DNA of 64,000 bases from Squalus acanthias. Taxonomy: Eukaryota. A model generated the notes under the pieces. That model had not been told where the DNA came from, ran no database searches, and saw only the letters and a list, made by a program, of their open reading frames with translations. The translations under genes and the position numbers were made by a program. Each line of letters opens with the position of its first letter. The first letter of the stretch is position 1. Positions 39,126 to 51,454 of the stretch are shown here, one piece after another. The stretch is from contig JASTWF010000033.1 in assembly GCA_030390025.1 (NCBI GenBank), positions 4,342,001 through 4,406,000 on the forward strand. Reading direction: 5' to 3'.

Positions 39126-40277
39126 GAATCTGACAAGTGTCTGCCTAATTGAATCAGAGTTCGGGTTATGCTGTAAGCAAAGGGAAAGGATTCCGAAAGA
39201 AACGCCATCAGACAAGTGTAGGATCATGTCAGGGCCTAATCTGAAGCTCTCAGACCCTCCAGCCTGAGGAACAGTTTATAATGGTAAACACCCAGCCAAA
39301 TTTTCTTGGCATTTAGTGTCTTGCTTTTGGTTCCAATTATATTTTATTCTGCTAATGCAAAATATGCCAGTAAACTGAGTAAGGGGTAACTTTATATGCA
39401 GGAATGAGGGTCAGTTAGAAGGTGTTGCATGAAATACTTTTTAACCGAAGGTCAGCCATGATCGTATTGAATGGTGGAGCTGGATCGAAGGACCGAATGG
39501 CCTACTCCTGCTCCTATTTCTTATGTTCTCTTGTTGACCAGTCAGTCTACGTCCTCCTGAAGTCTGTGACTATCCTCCTCATTGTGTGCTACATTTCCGA
39601 GATTCGATGCCCTGTATACCCAACTCTAGGTCATTAAAATATATCAAAGAGAGCACTGGTCCTAATAGCGACCCCTGGGGAACACCACTGTGTACTTCGC
39701 TCCAGTCTGAACAACAACCCGTCACCACTACTCTCTGCTTTCGGACACTTGGCCAATTTGGTATCCATGGTGCCCTGTCCCATTAATCACATGGACTACA
39801 ATTTTATGACCAGGTATGTCATGTGGTACTTTGTCAAACGCCTTTTGAAAGCCCATATACACAACATCAACCGCACTACCCTCATGATGTTTCTACTGTC
39901 CTACCAAAGTGCATCGCCCCGCATTCATCGATGTTAAAGTTCACTTGTCACTTAACTGCGCAGTCTGTGTGTTTTCCAATGTCTATTCTGAGATGCCATG
40001 TAGAGAAATGTCTTTTGAATATTTGAACCAAAGCATTAGTGTATTGAATAAAAAACAATAATAATTAATAAAGGCAGCCATCTAAAACTGTGTGTGGTTT
40101 TGGAATTTTATCAGAAAATCTGACGATTTATTGCAGAGTAAACTCCTGGCTTGTCACTTTGTACCACTATTTTTCGAAGAAGTTGGTGAAAATATTATTT
40201 ATTTCAAATAACAGAACTGGTCTCCACTTTCCTTCAGCCTCACTTTGTGACTTTCGATATATGCATCGCACATCGTA

Positions 40278-42048
40278 AACTCCTCCTCACCCCAACTAAT
40301 ATCCTCAGCTCCTCCCCACCCCACCTGTAATCCTCAGAACCTCCTCACCCCATCTAATATCCTCAGCTCCTCCCCACACCACCTATAATCCTCAGAACCT
40401 CCTCACCCCAACTAATATCCTCAGCTCATCCCCAACCCACCTAATATCCTCAGCTCCTCCCCACCCCATCTAATATCCTCAGCTCCTCCCCACCCCATCT
40501 AATATCCTCAGCTCCTCCCCACACCACCTATAATCCTCAGAACCTCCTCACCCCAACGAATATCCTCAGCTCATCCCCACCCCACCTAATATCCTCAGCT
40601 CCTCCCCACCCCATCTAATATCCTCAGCTCCTCCTCACCCCACCTAATATCCTCAGCTCCTCCCCACCCCACCGAATATCCTCAGCTCCTCCCCCACCCC
40701 ACCTATAATCCTCAGAACCTCCTCACCCCACCTAATATCCTCAGCTCCTCCCCACCCCATCTAATATCCTCAGCTCCTGCCCACCCCACATATAATCCTC
40801 AGAACCTCCTCACCCCACCTAATATCCTCAGCTCTTCCCCACCCCACATAATATCCTCAGCTCCTCCCCACCCAATCTAATATCCTCAGCTCCTCCCCAC
40901 CCCACCTAATATCCTCAGCTCCTCCCCACCACACCTAATATCCTCTGCTCCTCCCCACCCCACCGAATATCCTCAGCTCCTCCCCACCCCACATAATATC
41001 CTCAGCTCCTCCCCACCCCACCTAATGTCCTCAGCTCCTCCCCACCCCATCTAATATCTTCAGCTCCCCCCCCCCAACACCACCTTTTATCCCCTGCTCC
41101 TCCCCACACCACCTAATATACTCAGGATATTCCCAACCCACCTAATCTCCTCAGCTCCTCCCCACCCCACCTAATATCCTCAGCTCCTCCCCACCCCACC
41201 TAATATCCTCTGCTCCTCCCCACCCCACCTAATATCCTCAGCTCCTCCCAACCCCCCCTAATATCCGCAGCTCCTCCCCACCCGACCTAAAATTCTCAGC
41301 TCCTCCCCACCCCACCTAATACCGTCAGCTCCTCCCCACCCCACCTAATATCCTCAGCTCCTCCCAACCCCATCTAATATCCTCAGCTCCTCCCCACCCG
41401 ACCTAAAATCCTCAGCTCCTCCCCACCCCATCTAATATCCTCAGCTCCTCCCCAATCCACCTAATATCCTCAGCTCTTCCCCACCCAACCGAATATCCTC
41501 AGCCCCTCCCCACTCCGCAAAATATCCTCAGCTCCTCCCCACCCCACCTAATATCCTCAGCTCCACCCCACCGCACCTAATATCCTCAGCTCCTCACCTC
41601 CCCACCTAATATCCTCAGTCTCTTCCCATCACACCTAATATCCTCAGTTCCTCCCCACCCCACCTAATATCCTCAGCTCCTCCCCACCCCACCTAATATC
41701 CTCAGCTCCTCCCCACTCCACCTAATATCCTCAGCTCCTCCCCACCCCACCTATTACCCTCAGCTCATCTCCACCCCACCTAATTTCCACAGCTCCTCCC
41801 CACCCCACCTAATATCCTCAGCTCCTCCCCACCCCACCTGATATCCTCAGCTCCTCCCCACCCCACCTAATATCCTCAGCTCCTCCTCACCCCACCTAAT
41901 GTCCTCAGCTCCTCCCCACCCCACCTAATATCATCAGCTCCTCCCCACTCCACCTAATATCCTCAGCTCCTCCACACCCCACCTAATATCCTCAGCTCCT
42001 CCCCACCCCACCTAATATCGGCAGCTGCTCCCAAATCCACCTAATACC
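40278..42048. repeat. ~29-bp C-rich minisatellite (CCTAATATCCTCAGCTCCTCCCCACCCCA), ~60 copies
   Basis: Direct periodicity. Confidence 0.95.
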
Positions 42049-43067
42049 TGAAGAGATCGCAAAGTCTCTGTTTGAAGAATGGACTCTGTCGAGAATAATT
42101 TGTGGACTTTATGGGATTTTTCTGAGAGTTATTTCCCTGTGATGGGATCACCCTTTGTAAATATGTGAAAAACTGGTTTGTTAAAACTCCAGAGAACGCA
42201 TGGCAGTTGGGTGTGACAAAATAACTGTCAGTCATCCAGAATATGCAAAAGCACTTCTCAACTCCATCTAAGAAGAGAAGCAGAACAATGAACCCACTGG
42301 CCTAGCCAGCCGAAGAGGAGTCAGTTTTTCCCAACACAAAAACCGAAATATATCCCAGACTTAGGGCCATTAGTCCAATCATGGAATACTCATGGCCTGA
42401 GGATGACACCATCACTGATTAAGCACCGAAGTGCTCAGAAACAAAAGGATTTTAAATATTGGCGGGAAAGATAGGGGTAGCAAGACTCCTATAAAGATAA
42501 ACCCTTTCCCACCATCTCCCTCTCTCTCTGTCTCGCTCTCGCTGCACCAAGATCGACCTAACAAGAAGTACCAGAGGAAGAGGCAGCTAATTGGAGCGAT
42601 CGAGACCGACTGAGTGTGGGGTTAAGCAAGGTCTCGAGTGTCACAAGCCGGTAACCAGAGGGCTGAGAATTTTTCTCAGAAGTGAAGCTTTTGGGCTATT
42701 TCGAGGGTGGGAGCTTTGTTTGGTTCAGCCAGGCGAAGGGACTTATGCGACTGGGTAATTCGTTGGTAGGGGTGGAATTAGAGTCCACCATAGCAACAAG
42801 AGAATTACTGTTTTGGACTGTATGTATGCTGTTTGTAAACTGGATTGTATTCTCCACAGAGTCAGTGATTTATGTTAGTAGTGAATGTTTTAGCCAGTGT
42901 ATGATAGACCAAATAAATATAAGTTTGATTTTCCACTGAAGCATTCCTGTCCGAGACTTATCTAATTTACACACTGAATAATAATTCCCGGGTATAGAAC
43001 GTTCGTAAGGCGGGGGCGATTCGAACCGTCCGTCTCGCAATTGGGCTAGGATCAAAAACCACTTACA
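42049..43067 (+). repeat. 5' LTR
   Basis: TGAAGAGATCGC...CCACTTACA; TATAAA ~42490, AATAAA ~42912. Confidence 0.93.
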
Positions 43068-43072
43068 TCTCT

Positions 43073-43089
43073 TGGCGACCGCGGCAGGA
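43073..43089 (+). promoter_or_regulatory. Primer binding site, possibly tRNA-Ser
   Basis: TGGCGACCGCGGCAGGA 5 nt after the LTR; partial match to the tRNA-Ser complement TGGCGTAGTCGGCAGGA. Confidence 0.6.
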
Positions 43090-43116
43090 CATGGGTTACA
43101 GGAGTGTAAATCAGTC

Positions 43117-44733
43117 ATGGACAGCGCTTCTGGCGAAAGATCCCAAATGGAGGAAAGGATTTCTTCATATGTGTTTAAGAAGGGTAACGTCACTAAGAAG
43201 TGGGTGCTAGGCTTGTTGCGTGCTGAGCGTCCGTTGGATGCAACAGCAGAATGGACGGAGGGCAAGGAGCATAGGCGCAGCATTGAAAAGGCGATATGGC
43301 TCGTCTGTCTACAAAGACAAGTCCAACTGCTAGATAAGCAGGTTGCTAAGTTAGAGGCAGAGCTCAGCGAGTCCGAGGCACAGTCAGACGCAAGAGCTGT
43401 AGTAGGGAGCAGGTTATGCACGGAGCTAAGGGATGAGAAGCAGGGAAGAATAAGCCAGGAGAAAACCTTCCCTTACCATAAGGAGTTCCTGCAATGCCAG
43501 GTAACTGAGGCAAAGGGGAACGAGAGGGTGGTTAGGGAGGAGAACGCTCGCTTGTCGAGTGAGGTAAAGGTGCTGGGAGAGCAGTTGAAGGATATTCAGG
43601 TGGCATACAGAGTCCCCAGCACTAGAGGGTTTGATACGGGTAATCATGGTCCTTGCCAGGAGCAGATCCGGAATTTGAACGATACTCTATCTAAGGCCAA
43701 AGGGATGGTCTGCTTGGTAGCTCCGGGAATGGCCCGGGTGGATGATGAAGAGCAGGAGGGAGATAAGGAGGACTGTGAGGCAGAGGAGGACGCTCGACCA
43801 CCGCCCGAAGTGCCGGGACCAGGACCCATGTGCCCTGTCCGGCAGCGGAAATACGGTGCGCCCGTAGACGGTCAAGAGCAAGGAGCACTGCAGAGTGAAT
43901 TCGTGGTCCCGTATCCGACCCCCCAGCTGCGGGCAATGGTCTCTAACCTGACCAAACTGACCAGCAAAGGGGACCCATCTCTCCATTTTACGGATGTGGA
44001 GCAGGTGGGGGGGATCAATAATTGTAACCAAGCTGAGACAGACAAATTACTTTTATTTTCCCTGGATAGTAGGTTGTACAAGTCGCTCTCAGCGGATAGC
44101 AAGAGGGGGCAGGGTAAGTTAGAGGGGATAAAGGATGACATCCTAGAGGCTATGGGCCTCAGTGATGGAAGTACCTTCTCCCGAGTGGAAAGGACACTGC
44201 AGTCAGCTGGGGAGACACCGCAGGCTTTCGCGGACAGGCTTTGGCCTCTCTACCGGAGTGCCTGTGCGTGGCTGCCCGACCGGGCGCAGCTGCAGAGGGA
44301 GCCTAGGGCTCATTGGCTGAGGACCCTGGTGGCGAACAGCCTGCCCAGGATCAAGGCCAAAGCAGAGGGGTGTTTCGATTCCAGGGATCCCCAGACCACA
44401 GAAGAGAGTGTGATCCGGCAGTTGACTCTCTCTTTTAAGAATGGTAGGGGTGAGGATGACAAACCAAAGGGCAGAGTACACGAGTTAAAGCCTAGTGGAG
44501 GCAACGTTAGAAGATGGTGGCGCCAGGAAGGGGCTAGCTCAGAGAAGAAGCAGGGTTGTTATGGGTGCGGGAGTAAAGGGCACTGGAGGAAAGACTGCCC
44601 AGTCTCTGTCAAAAGGAGAGGGAAAGGTGATCCTCCAGCGCCAGTGCAGAAAGCCGCAGCTGTGGCAGGAAGTAGCACTGATCCGTTCGCGGTATTAGTG
44701 GCTGCTCTCCGCGCAGTCTTTCCGGCAGAGTAG
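43117..44733 (+). CDS. gag: Gag polyprotein (N-terminal coiled coil, capsid-like region, CCHC knuckle); ancestral end probably 44791
   Basis: Open ~538 codons from ATG 43117; heptad-rich LQRQVQLLDKQVAKLEAEL; ETPQAFADRL; CYGCGSKGHWRKDC. Confidence 0.88.
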   Translation: MDSASGERSQMEERISSYVFKKGNVTKKWVLGLLRAERPLDATAEWTEGKEHRRSIEKAIWLVCLQRQVQLLDKQVAKLEAELSESEAQSDARAVVGSRLCTELRDEKQGRISQEKTFPYHKEFLQCQVTEAKGNERVVREENARLSSEVKVLGEQLKDIQVAYRVPSTRGFDTGNHGPCQEQIRNLNDTLSKAKGMVCLVAPGMARVDDEEQEGDKEDCEAEEDARPPPEVPGPGPMCPVRQRKYGAPVDGQEQGALQSEFVVPYPTPQLRAMVSNLTKLTSKGDPSLHFTDVEQVGGINNCNQAETDKLLLFSLDSRLYKSLSADSKRGQGKLEGIKDDILEAMGLSDGSTFSRVERTLQSAGETPQAFADRLWPLYRSACAWLPDRAQLQREPRAHWLRTLVANSLPRIKAKAEGCFDSRDPQTTEESVIRQLTLSFKNGRGEDDKPKGRVHELKPSGGNVRRWWRQEGASSEKKQGCYGCGSKGHWRKDCPVSVKRRGKGDPPAPVQKAAAVAGSSTDPFAVLVAALRAVFPAE

Positions 44734-46879
44734 GGTGGATGCAGCAGCGGGCAGCGTACTCCCATCCGCCCCGAACAATCCCGACCCATGACTAGGGGAT
44801 CCTCAGCCCGTTTACCTGTGCCCACTAAGATATGATGCTTGGAAGAGGCCGTGCGTGAAGATGGGGGTGGAGAAGGTGCAAGGGACCTATCTGCTGGACA
44901 CTGGAGCTTCAAGCACCATTGTCGATGCGGATAACCCGACCACATCACCTCTATCGAGCGGGGTCCCATATAACTTAGTAGGGTTCACCGGGAACGAACA
45001 GGCTGGGTCTTTCTCCATCCCGCTAGCCATCGATCTGGGTACACACTGTAAGGAGTGGAAATGTGTCCTGATGCGGTGGGAGCGGGAGGGAATAGGCATT
45101 TTGGGGGCAGACTTCATACTGGCCCACAAGATATTGGTGGATTTCCGGAATCACTGTCTATGGGGGACAGTATGCACGGGAAAGGAGAAGGAGGTGGTAG
45201 TTATACCAGGGAAGCAAGGCAAGGGAACCGTGTGTACGATGAAGCCCAATATTAGTTATGACCTGGAACTTTTGGTCACTTCTACCCCGGCGGAGTACAT
45301 AGCAGCTGTAAGAGCCAACCTCGCGGCATTCGCTACACACAAGCACGACTGTGGAAGGGTAATAGGGGTGGAGGTCAGAGTAGAAGGAAACCCCATGGCC
45401 CGACCACTGAAACAGTACAACTTCCCCAGAGAGGCAGAGGCGGATTTAGAGATGGCATTGGGATCACTGGTTGAGCAGGGTGTGTTGAGACCCTTAGCAA
45501 CCCATGTGAACTCTCCGATTTGGCTGGTTAGGAAACCGGACAATTCGTGGAGAGTCACTATGGACTATCGGGTTCTTAAAGAACACCCCAGACTGTGCCC
45601 CCACCATTGCAGCCGTAGCTGACCTGATCGGGAGTATCCCGGCATCCGCGAAAACATTCACGGTGCTGGACACTTCGAATGAATTCTGGTCTATCCCTCT
45701 CAAAAGGGAGGACCAGTATAAATTCGCATTTACTTTCAAGGGTCAGCAGTACACATGGATCTGCCTCCCCAAGGGTTTCATAACAGTCCTTCTATTTTCC
45801 ACCAATATATGGCCAACTGTTTAAAAGGGTTCAGCAGACCGCAGCAGCTTGTACAGTACGTGGACGACCTGTTTTTGTTCTCCAACGAGGGGGAGGACAA
45901 TGGCCCCCTGCTGGCTGAGCTGCTGAGTCTGTTAAAGGAAGCTGGGTTCAAGGTTAATCCCAAGAAAGCACAGATCGGCCAGCAGGAAGTAAAATTCCTC
46001 AGGCTGACCATACGTGCTGGGGAGAGGGCCATCGATGAGGCGAAAAGGAAGGCGGTACAGGAGCTACCTGCCCCGACCACGATAACGGAGGTAAGATCCT
46101 TCCTGGGACTCAGAGGGTATTGCAGGTATTTCGTAGAGGACTATGCCGCTACGGCAGCTCCTCTACTCCGGCTCCTTCACAAGGGAGTGGGATGAGGACT
46201 GCATGGCAGCTTTTAGTCGTCTGAAGAGAGATCTGCAGACCGCACCGGCTTTAGGAGCGATTGATGGGGGAAAGTAGTTATTTTTGGAGGTAGCTGCCAC
46301 CGTGGACAGTTTGAGGGCAGTGCTGCTCCAGGAGTGGCGTGCAATCTGAGGCCTGTGGTATACTCATCAAGAATCCTCACAGATGTAGAGAGGGGCTATT
46401 CCAATTGTGAGAGGCACCTGCTTGCCACACATTGGGCCGTGGGGAGATCACAAATCTTCACGGGGGCGTCCCCGTTAACTCTCTTAACCCATCATTAGCC
46501 CACTCAGATGCTTCTGGATGGGAGGATAAAGGAAGGCACGGTGAGCAGTGCACGCATTGCTCGCTGGACTTCATTGCTCTCTCAGACAAATTTGAGTGTG
46601 AAAGGCCTCTGTGAGCCCAAGCTCGCCGCAAATTTGATCTACCCAGGGGTGGCCCACAAATGTTCTGTTCAAGGGGTATGGGACGTAGACATAGGGTTTC
46701 GGGCTGGGATCCATGTGGACGGGTCCAGTACAGTGGTGGCAGGGGAGCAACTCACTGGATGCGGGATTTTTGTCCCAAAGGCAGGCATTGCCAAGGCCAT
46801 TAAACTCCCGAGCACCATGAGCGCCCAGCACGCTGCACTGTCGGCTGTGGTGTATGTGGTTACTCACCCCGAAGTGTGC

Positions 46880-48632
46880 CATAAGAACATAAGAACATAA
46901 GAAATAGGAGCAGGAGTAGGCCAATCGGCCCCTCGAGCCTGCTCCGCCATTCAATAAGATCATGGCTGATCTGATGCTAACCTCAAATCTAAAGAACACA
47001 AGAAGTAGGAGCAGGACCCGGCCACTCAGCCCCTGGGCCCGCTCCGCCACCCACAGGGCACTGACCGATCCGAACTCAGCCTCATGTCCAATTTCCTGCC
47101 CGCTCACCGTAACCCCTAATTCCCTTTACTTCTAGGAAACTGTTTTAAATTTATTTAATGATGTAGCTTCCACAGCTTCCTGGGGCAGCAAATTCCACAG
47201 ACCTATTACCCTCTGAGTGAAGAAGTTTCTCCTCATCTCGGTTTTGAAAGAGCAGCCCCTTATTCTAAGATTATGCCCTCTAGTTCGAGTTTCACCCATC
47301 CTTGGGAACATCCTTACCGCATCCACCCGATCAAGCCCCTTCACAATCTTATATGTTTCAATAAGATCGCCTCTCATTCTTCTGAACTCCAATGAGTAGA
47401 GTCCCAATCTACTCAACCTCTCCTTATATGTCCACCCCCTCATCCCCGGGATTAACCGAGTGAAACTTCTTTGTACTGCCTCGAGAGCAAGTATGTCTTT
47501 TCTTAAGTATGGACACCAAAACTGTACGCAGTATTCCAGGTGCGGTCTTACCAATACCTTATATAATTGCAGCAATATCTCCCTGTTTTTATAATCTATC
47601 ACTCTAGCAATAAAAGCCAACATTCCGTTGGCCTTCTTGATCACCTGCTGCACCTGCATAGTAACTTTTTGATTTTCTTGCACTAGGACCCCCAGATCCC
47701 TTTGTACTGCAGTACTTTCCAGTTTCTCGCCATTAAGATAATAACTTGCTCTCTGATTTTTCCTGCCAAAGTGCATAACCTCACATTTTCTAATATTGTA
47801 TTGCATCTGCCAAACTCCGCCGACTCACCCAGCCTGTCTATATCCCCTTGTAGGTTTTTTATGTCCTGCTCACTTTCTACTTTCCCTCCCATCATTCTAT
47901 CATCTGCAAACTTAAATATGTTACACTCGGTCCCCTCCTCCAAATCGTTAATATAGATTGTAAAGAGTTGGGGACCCAGCACCGACCCCTGCGGAACAAC
48001 ACTGGCTACTGGTTGCCAGTCCGAGAATGAACCATTTATCCCAACTCTCTGCTTCCTGTTAGATAACCAATCCTCCACCCATGCCAGAATGTTACCCCCA
48101 ATCCAGGGATTTTTTATCTTGAGCAATAATCTTTTGTGTGGCACCTTGTCGAATACCTTCTGGAAGTCTAAATACACGACGTTCACTGATTCCCCTTTAT
48201 CCACCCTGTACGATATGTCCTCAAAGAACTCAAGCAAATTTGTCAGACATGACTTCCCCTTCATAAAGCCATGCTGACTTTGTCCTATTAAATTATGTTT
48301 ATCTAAATGTTCCGTTACTGTCTCCTTAATAAAATACTCCAAAATTTTACCCACCACAGATGTTAGGCTAACTGGTCTATAATTTCCAGCCTTCTGCCTA
48401 CTACCCTTTTTAAATAAGGGTGTTACATTAGCAGTTTTCCAATCTTCCGGGACCTTTGCTGAGTCCAGGGAATTTTGGAAAATTATTACCAAAGCATCCA
48501 CAATCCCTACTGCCACTTCCCTCAAGACCCTAGGATGAAAGCCATCAGACCCAGGGGATTTATCCGCCTTGAGTCCCATTATTTTACTGAGTACCAATTC
48601 CTTAGTGATTTTAATCGTATTTAGCTCCTCCA
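46880..48632 (-). mobile_element. CR1 inserted in the proviral RNase H
   Basis: ORFs 47683-48633 and 47132-47806 with CR1 RT motifs; RH reading resumes after ~48640. Confidence 0.95.
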
Positions 48633-49109
48633 CTATAGTACCTTACGCCCTATAATATTTGCTCGGACAGCATGTTCACCTGCAATTCGTGTGCAGAATA
48701 TTTAGCCATTTGGTCTCGTCGCGGGTTCACATCTGCAGACGGCAAACCCCTAGCAACAAAGCCATTGTTGCAACAGATCATAACATCGATAGGAACCGAG
48801 GGGGAATTCTATATCCACAAAGTTAAGGCCCATTCAAAGGCGGAACCCCGTGCGGAGGGCAATCAGCAGGCCAACGTGATGACCAAAGAGGGTGCTCGAA
48901 CGGGCACGTTTTGGGATCCATATGGGTCGAGTCAGGTAGCAGCGATCAGAGACAGAGGTGGGGCCCAAGGGAGTGCAGGGGTAGCATTGGCCATGGACCT
49001 AAAGATTGTCCAGGCACGGGATCTGTCCTAAAGACTGTTCTGGAGATGCTGGCTAAGGGAGATAAGGTAGAGCGTCCATAAGGAGTGGCAGGTATCTCGG
49101 TAAATACGT

Positions 49110-50533
49110 AGTACCATTATTCAAGAAGGGTAGTAGGGATAAACCAGTGAATTACAGGCCAGTGAGCCTAACATCAGTGGTAGGGAAATTATTGGAAAAA
49201 ATTCTGAGGGACAGAAATATTCTCCACTTGGAGAGGCAAGGATTATTCAAGGATAGTCATCATGGCTTTATCAGTGGGAGATCATGTCTGACCAATTTGA
49301 TTGAATTTTTAGAGGGGGTGACTAGGTGTATGGATGAGGGTAGTGCAGTTGATGTAGTCTACATGGACTTCAGTAAGGCTTTTGACAAAGTCCCGCAAGG
49401 GAGACTGGTCAAGAAGGTAAAAGCCCATGGTATCCAGTGCAACTGGCACATTTGATCCAAAATTGGCTTAGTGGCAGGAGGCAGAGGGTGATGGTCGAAT
49501 GTTGTTTTTGTGACTGGAAGCCTGTGTCCAATGCTGGGTCCTTTGCTGTTTGTAGTGTACATTAATGATTTAGATATGAATGTAGGAGGTATGATCAGTA
49601 CGTTCGCAGATGACACGAAAATTGGTGGGGTGGTAAATAGTGAGGAGGGAAGCCTCCGGCTACAGGACGATATAGACGGGTTGGATAGATGGGTAGAACA
49701 GTGGCAAATGGAATTTAACCCTGAAAAGTGTGAGGTGATGCATTTTGGGAGGACTAACAAAGCAACGGAATACACAATGAATGGTAGGACCCGAGGAAGG
49801 ACAGAGGATCAGAAGGACCTTGGTGAGCATGCACATAGATCCCGGAAGGCAGCAGGACAGGATGATAAGGTGGTTAAAAAGACATATGGGAAACTTGCCT
49901 TCATTAGCCGAGGCATAGAATATAAGAGCAGCGAGGTTATGATGGAGCTGTACAAAACGGTAGTTTGGCCTCAGCTGGAATACTGTGTGCAGTTCTGGTC
50001 GCCACACTATAGGAAGGATGTGAGTTAATTGGAGAGGCTGCAGAAGAGATTCACCAGGATGTTACCTGGGCTGGAGCGCTTCAGCTATGAAGAGAGACTG
50101 GACAGGCTGGGGTTGTTTTCCTTAGAGCAGAGAAGGCTGAGCGGGGACCTGATTGAGGTGTACACAATTATGAGGGGCATAGATAGGGTAGATAGAAAGG
50201 AACGTTTTCCCTTAGTAGAGGGGTCAATAACCAGGGGGCATAGTTTCAAGGGAAGGGGCAGGAGGTTTAGAGGGGATTTGAGGAAAAACTTTTTCACCCA
50301 GAGGGTGGTTGGAATCTGTAACTCACTGCCTGAAAGGATGGTAGAGGCAGGAACCTTCACAACATTAAAGAAGCATTAAATGAGCACTTGAAACGCCATA
50401 GCATACAAGGCTACGGACCAAGTGCTGGAAAATGGGATTAGAATAGACAGGGCTTGATGGCCGGTGCGGACTCGATGTGCCGAAGGGCCTCTTTCTGTGC
50501 TGTATAATTCTATGACTCTATGATTCTATAACT
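49110..50533 (+). mobile_element. CR1 inserted at the start of the proviral integrase
   Basis: NYRPVSLTSVVGK, FADDTK, LEYCVQFWSP; (CTATGACT)n-type tail; same family as 2743-4100. Confidence 0.93.
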
Positions 50534-51454
50534 CTAAAGGAAGGGATGGTTTTCAGAGGGGAACAGTGGAAGTTCCGCAGCAGCACCGGAGAGAAGTCCT
50601 TCAGTTGGCCCACGAGGGTCCAGGAGCGGGGCACCCCGGGCCGGAGACCACCTGGCAACGGGTGGAACAGGCAGGGTGGTGACCGCAACTGAGGGAGCGC
50701 GCCGCGACTTCTGCGTGGATTGCTTGTTGTGTGCTGCAAACAACCCTGACTCCCAAAAAAGGAAGGTATCCATGGGACACACTAGGAGAGTGGAGGGACC
50801 ATGGCTGTCCATACAGGTCGATTATATCGGACCGCTGCCCACCGCGCAGGGGAGTTACAAGTACTGCCTGCTCCTGGTGGATGTGTTCACTAAATAGGTG
50901 GAAGCCTTCCCATGCCGAACAGCCACAGCTTTGTGGACCGCAAAGATTCTAGTGAGATAAGTGTTCTCTAGGTGGGGGCTATCACGGTATGTGGAGTCCG
51001 ATCAGGGGAGTCACTTCACAGGGGCAGCCATGCAGGTGACTCTGAAGATGCCAGGTGCAGACTGGTGTAGAGGGTAAATGGCACGTCACACACAACCCGC
51101 AGTCATCGGGGATTGTGGAGCGGATGAATAGGACCATCAAGGAAAGGTTACGGTAGGAGACAGGAGACTCGCCTCGAAAATGGGCAGAGGTCTTGCCGTT
51201 AGTTCTGATGGGTGTCCGAGCCAGCCCGTCCAGAAGCACAGGGTATTCCCAGTATGAGCTCGTGACTGGCAGGGTGGCGCTGTACATAACTTATTTCTCT
51301 CCTGTCTGTTGCCTTAGCTTGTCTGTATAGTTTGGATTTACATGTATGCTGTGGATACCAAATGTAATCGTGTGTAGCTGCGTCTGGAAAGGTGAGGCAT
51401 CACCCAAGGACAACGTTGCTTTCTGTGTCTTTTCAGGGAACGCCTAAGAACAAG

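Larger units (their letters stand above)
44792..51280 (+). pseudogene. pol: pol (PR, RT, tether RH, RNase H, IN) with frameshifts, stops and two CR1 insertions
   Basis: LLDTGAS; ILGADF; SPIWLVRKPDNSWRVTMDYR; PQGFHNSP; QYVDDL; HVDGSS...SDS; IQVDYIGPLP, LLVDVFTK. Confidence 0.92.

Noticed and set aside
43072..43116. TTG start for gag given by the ORF track
   Set aside because: It overlaps the PBS; ATG 43117 in good context is more plausible
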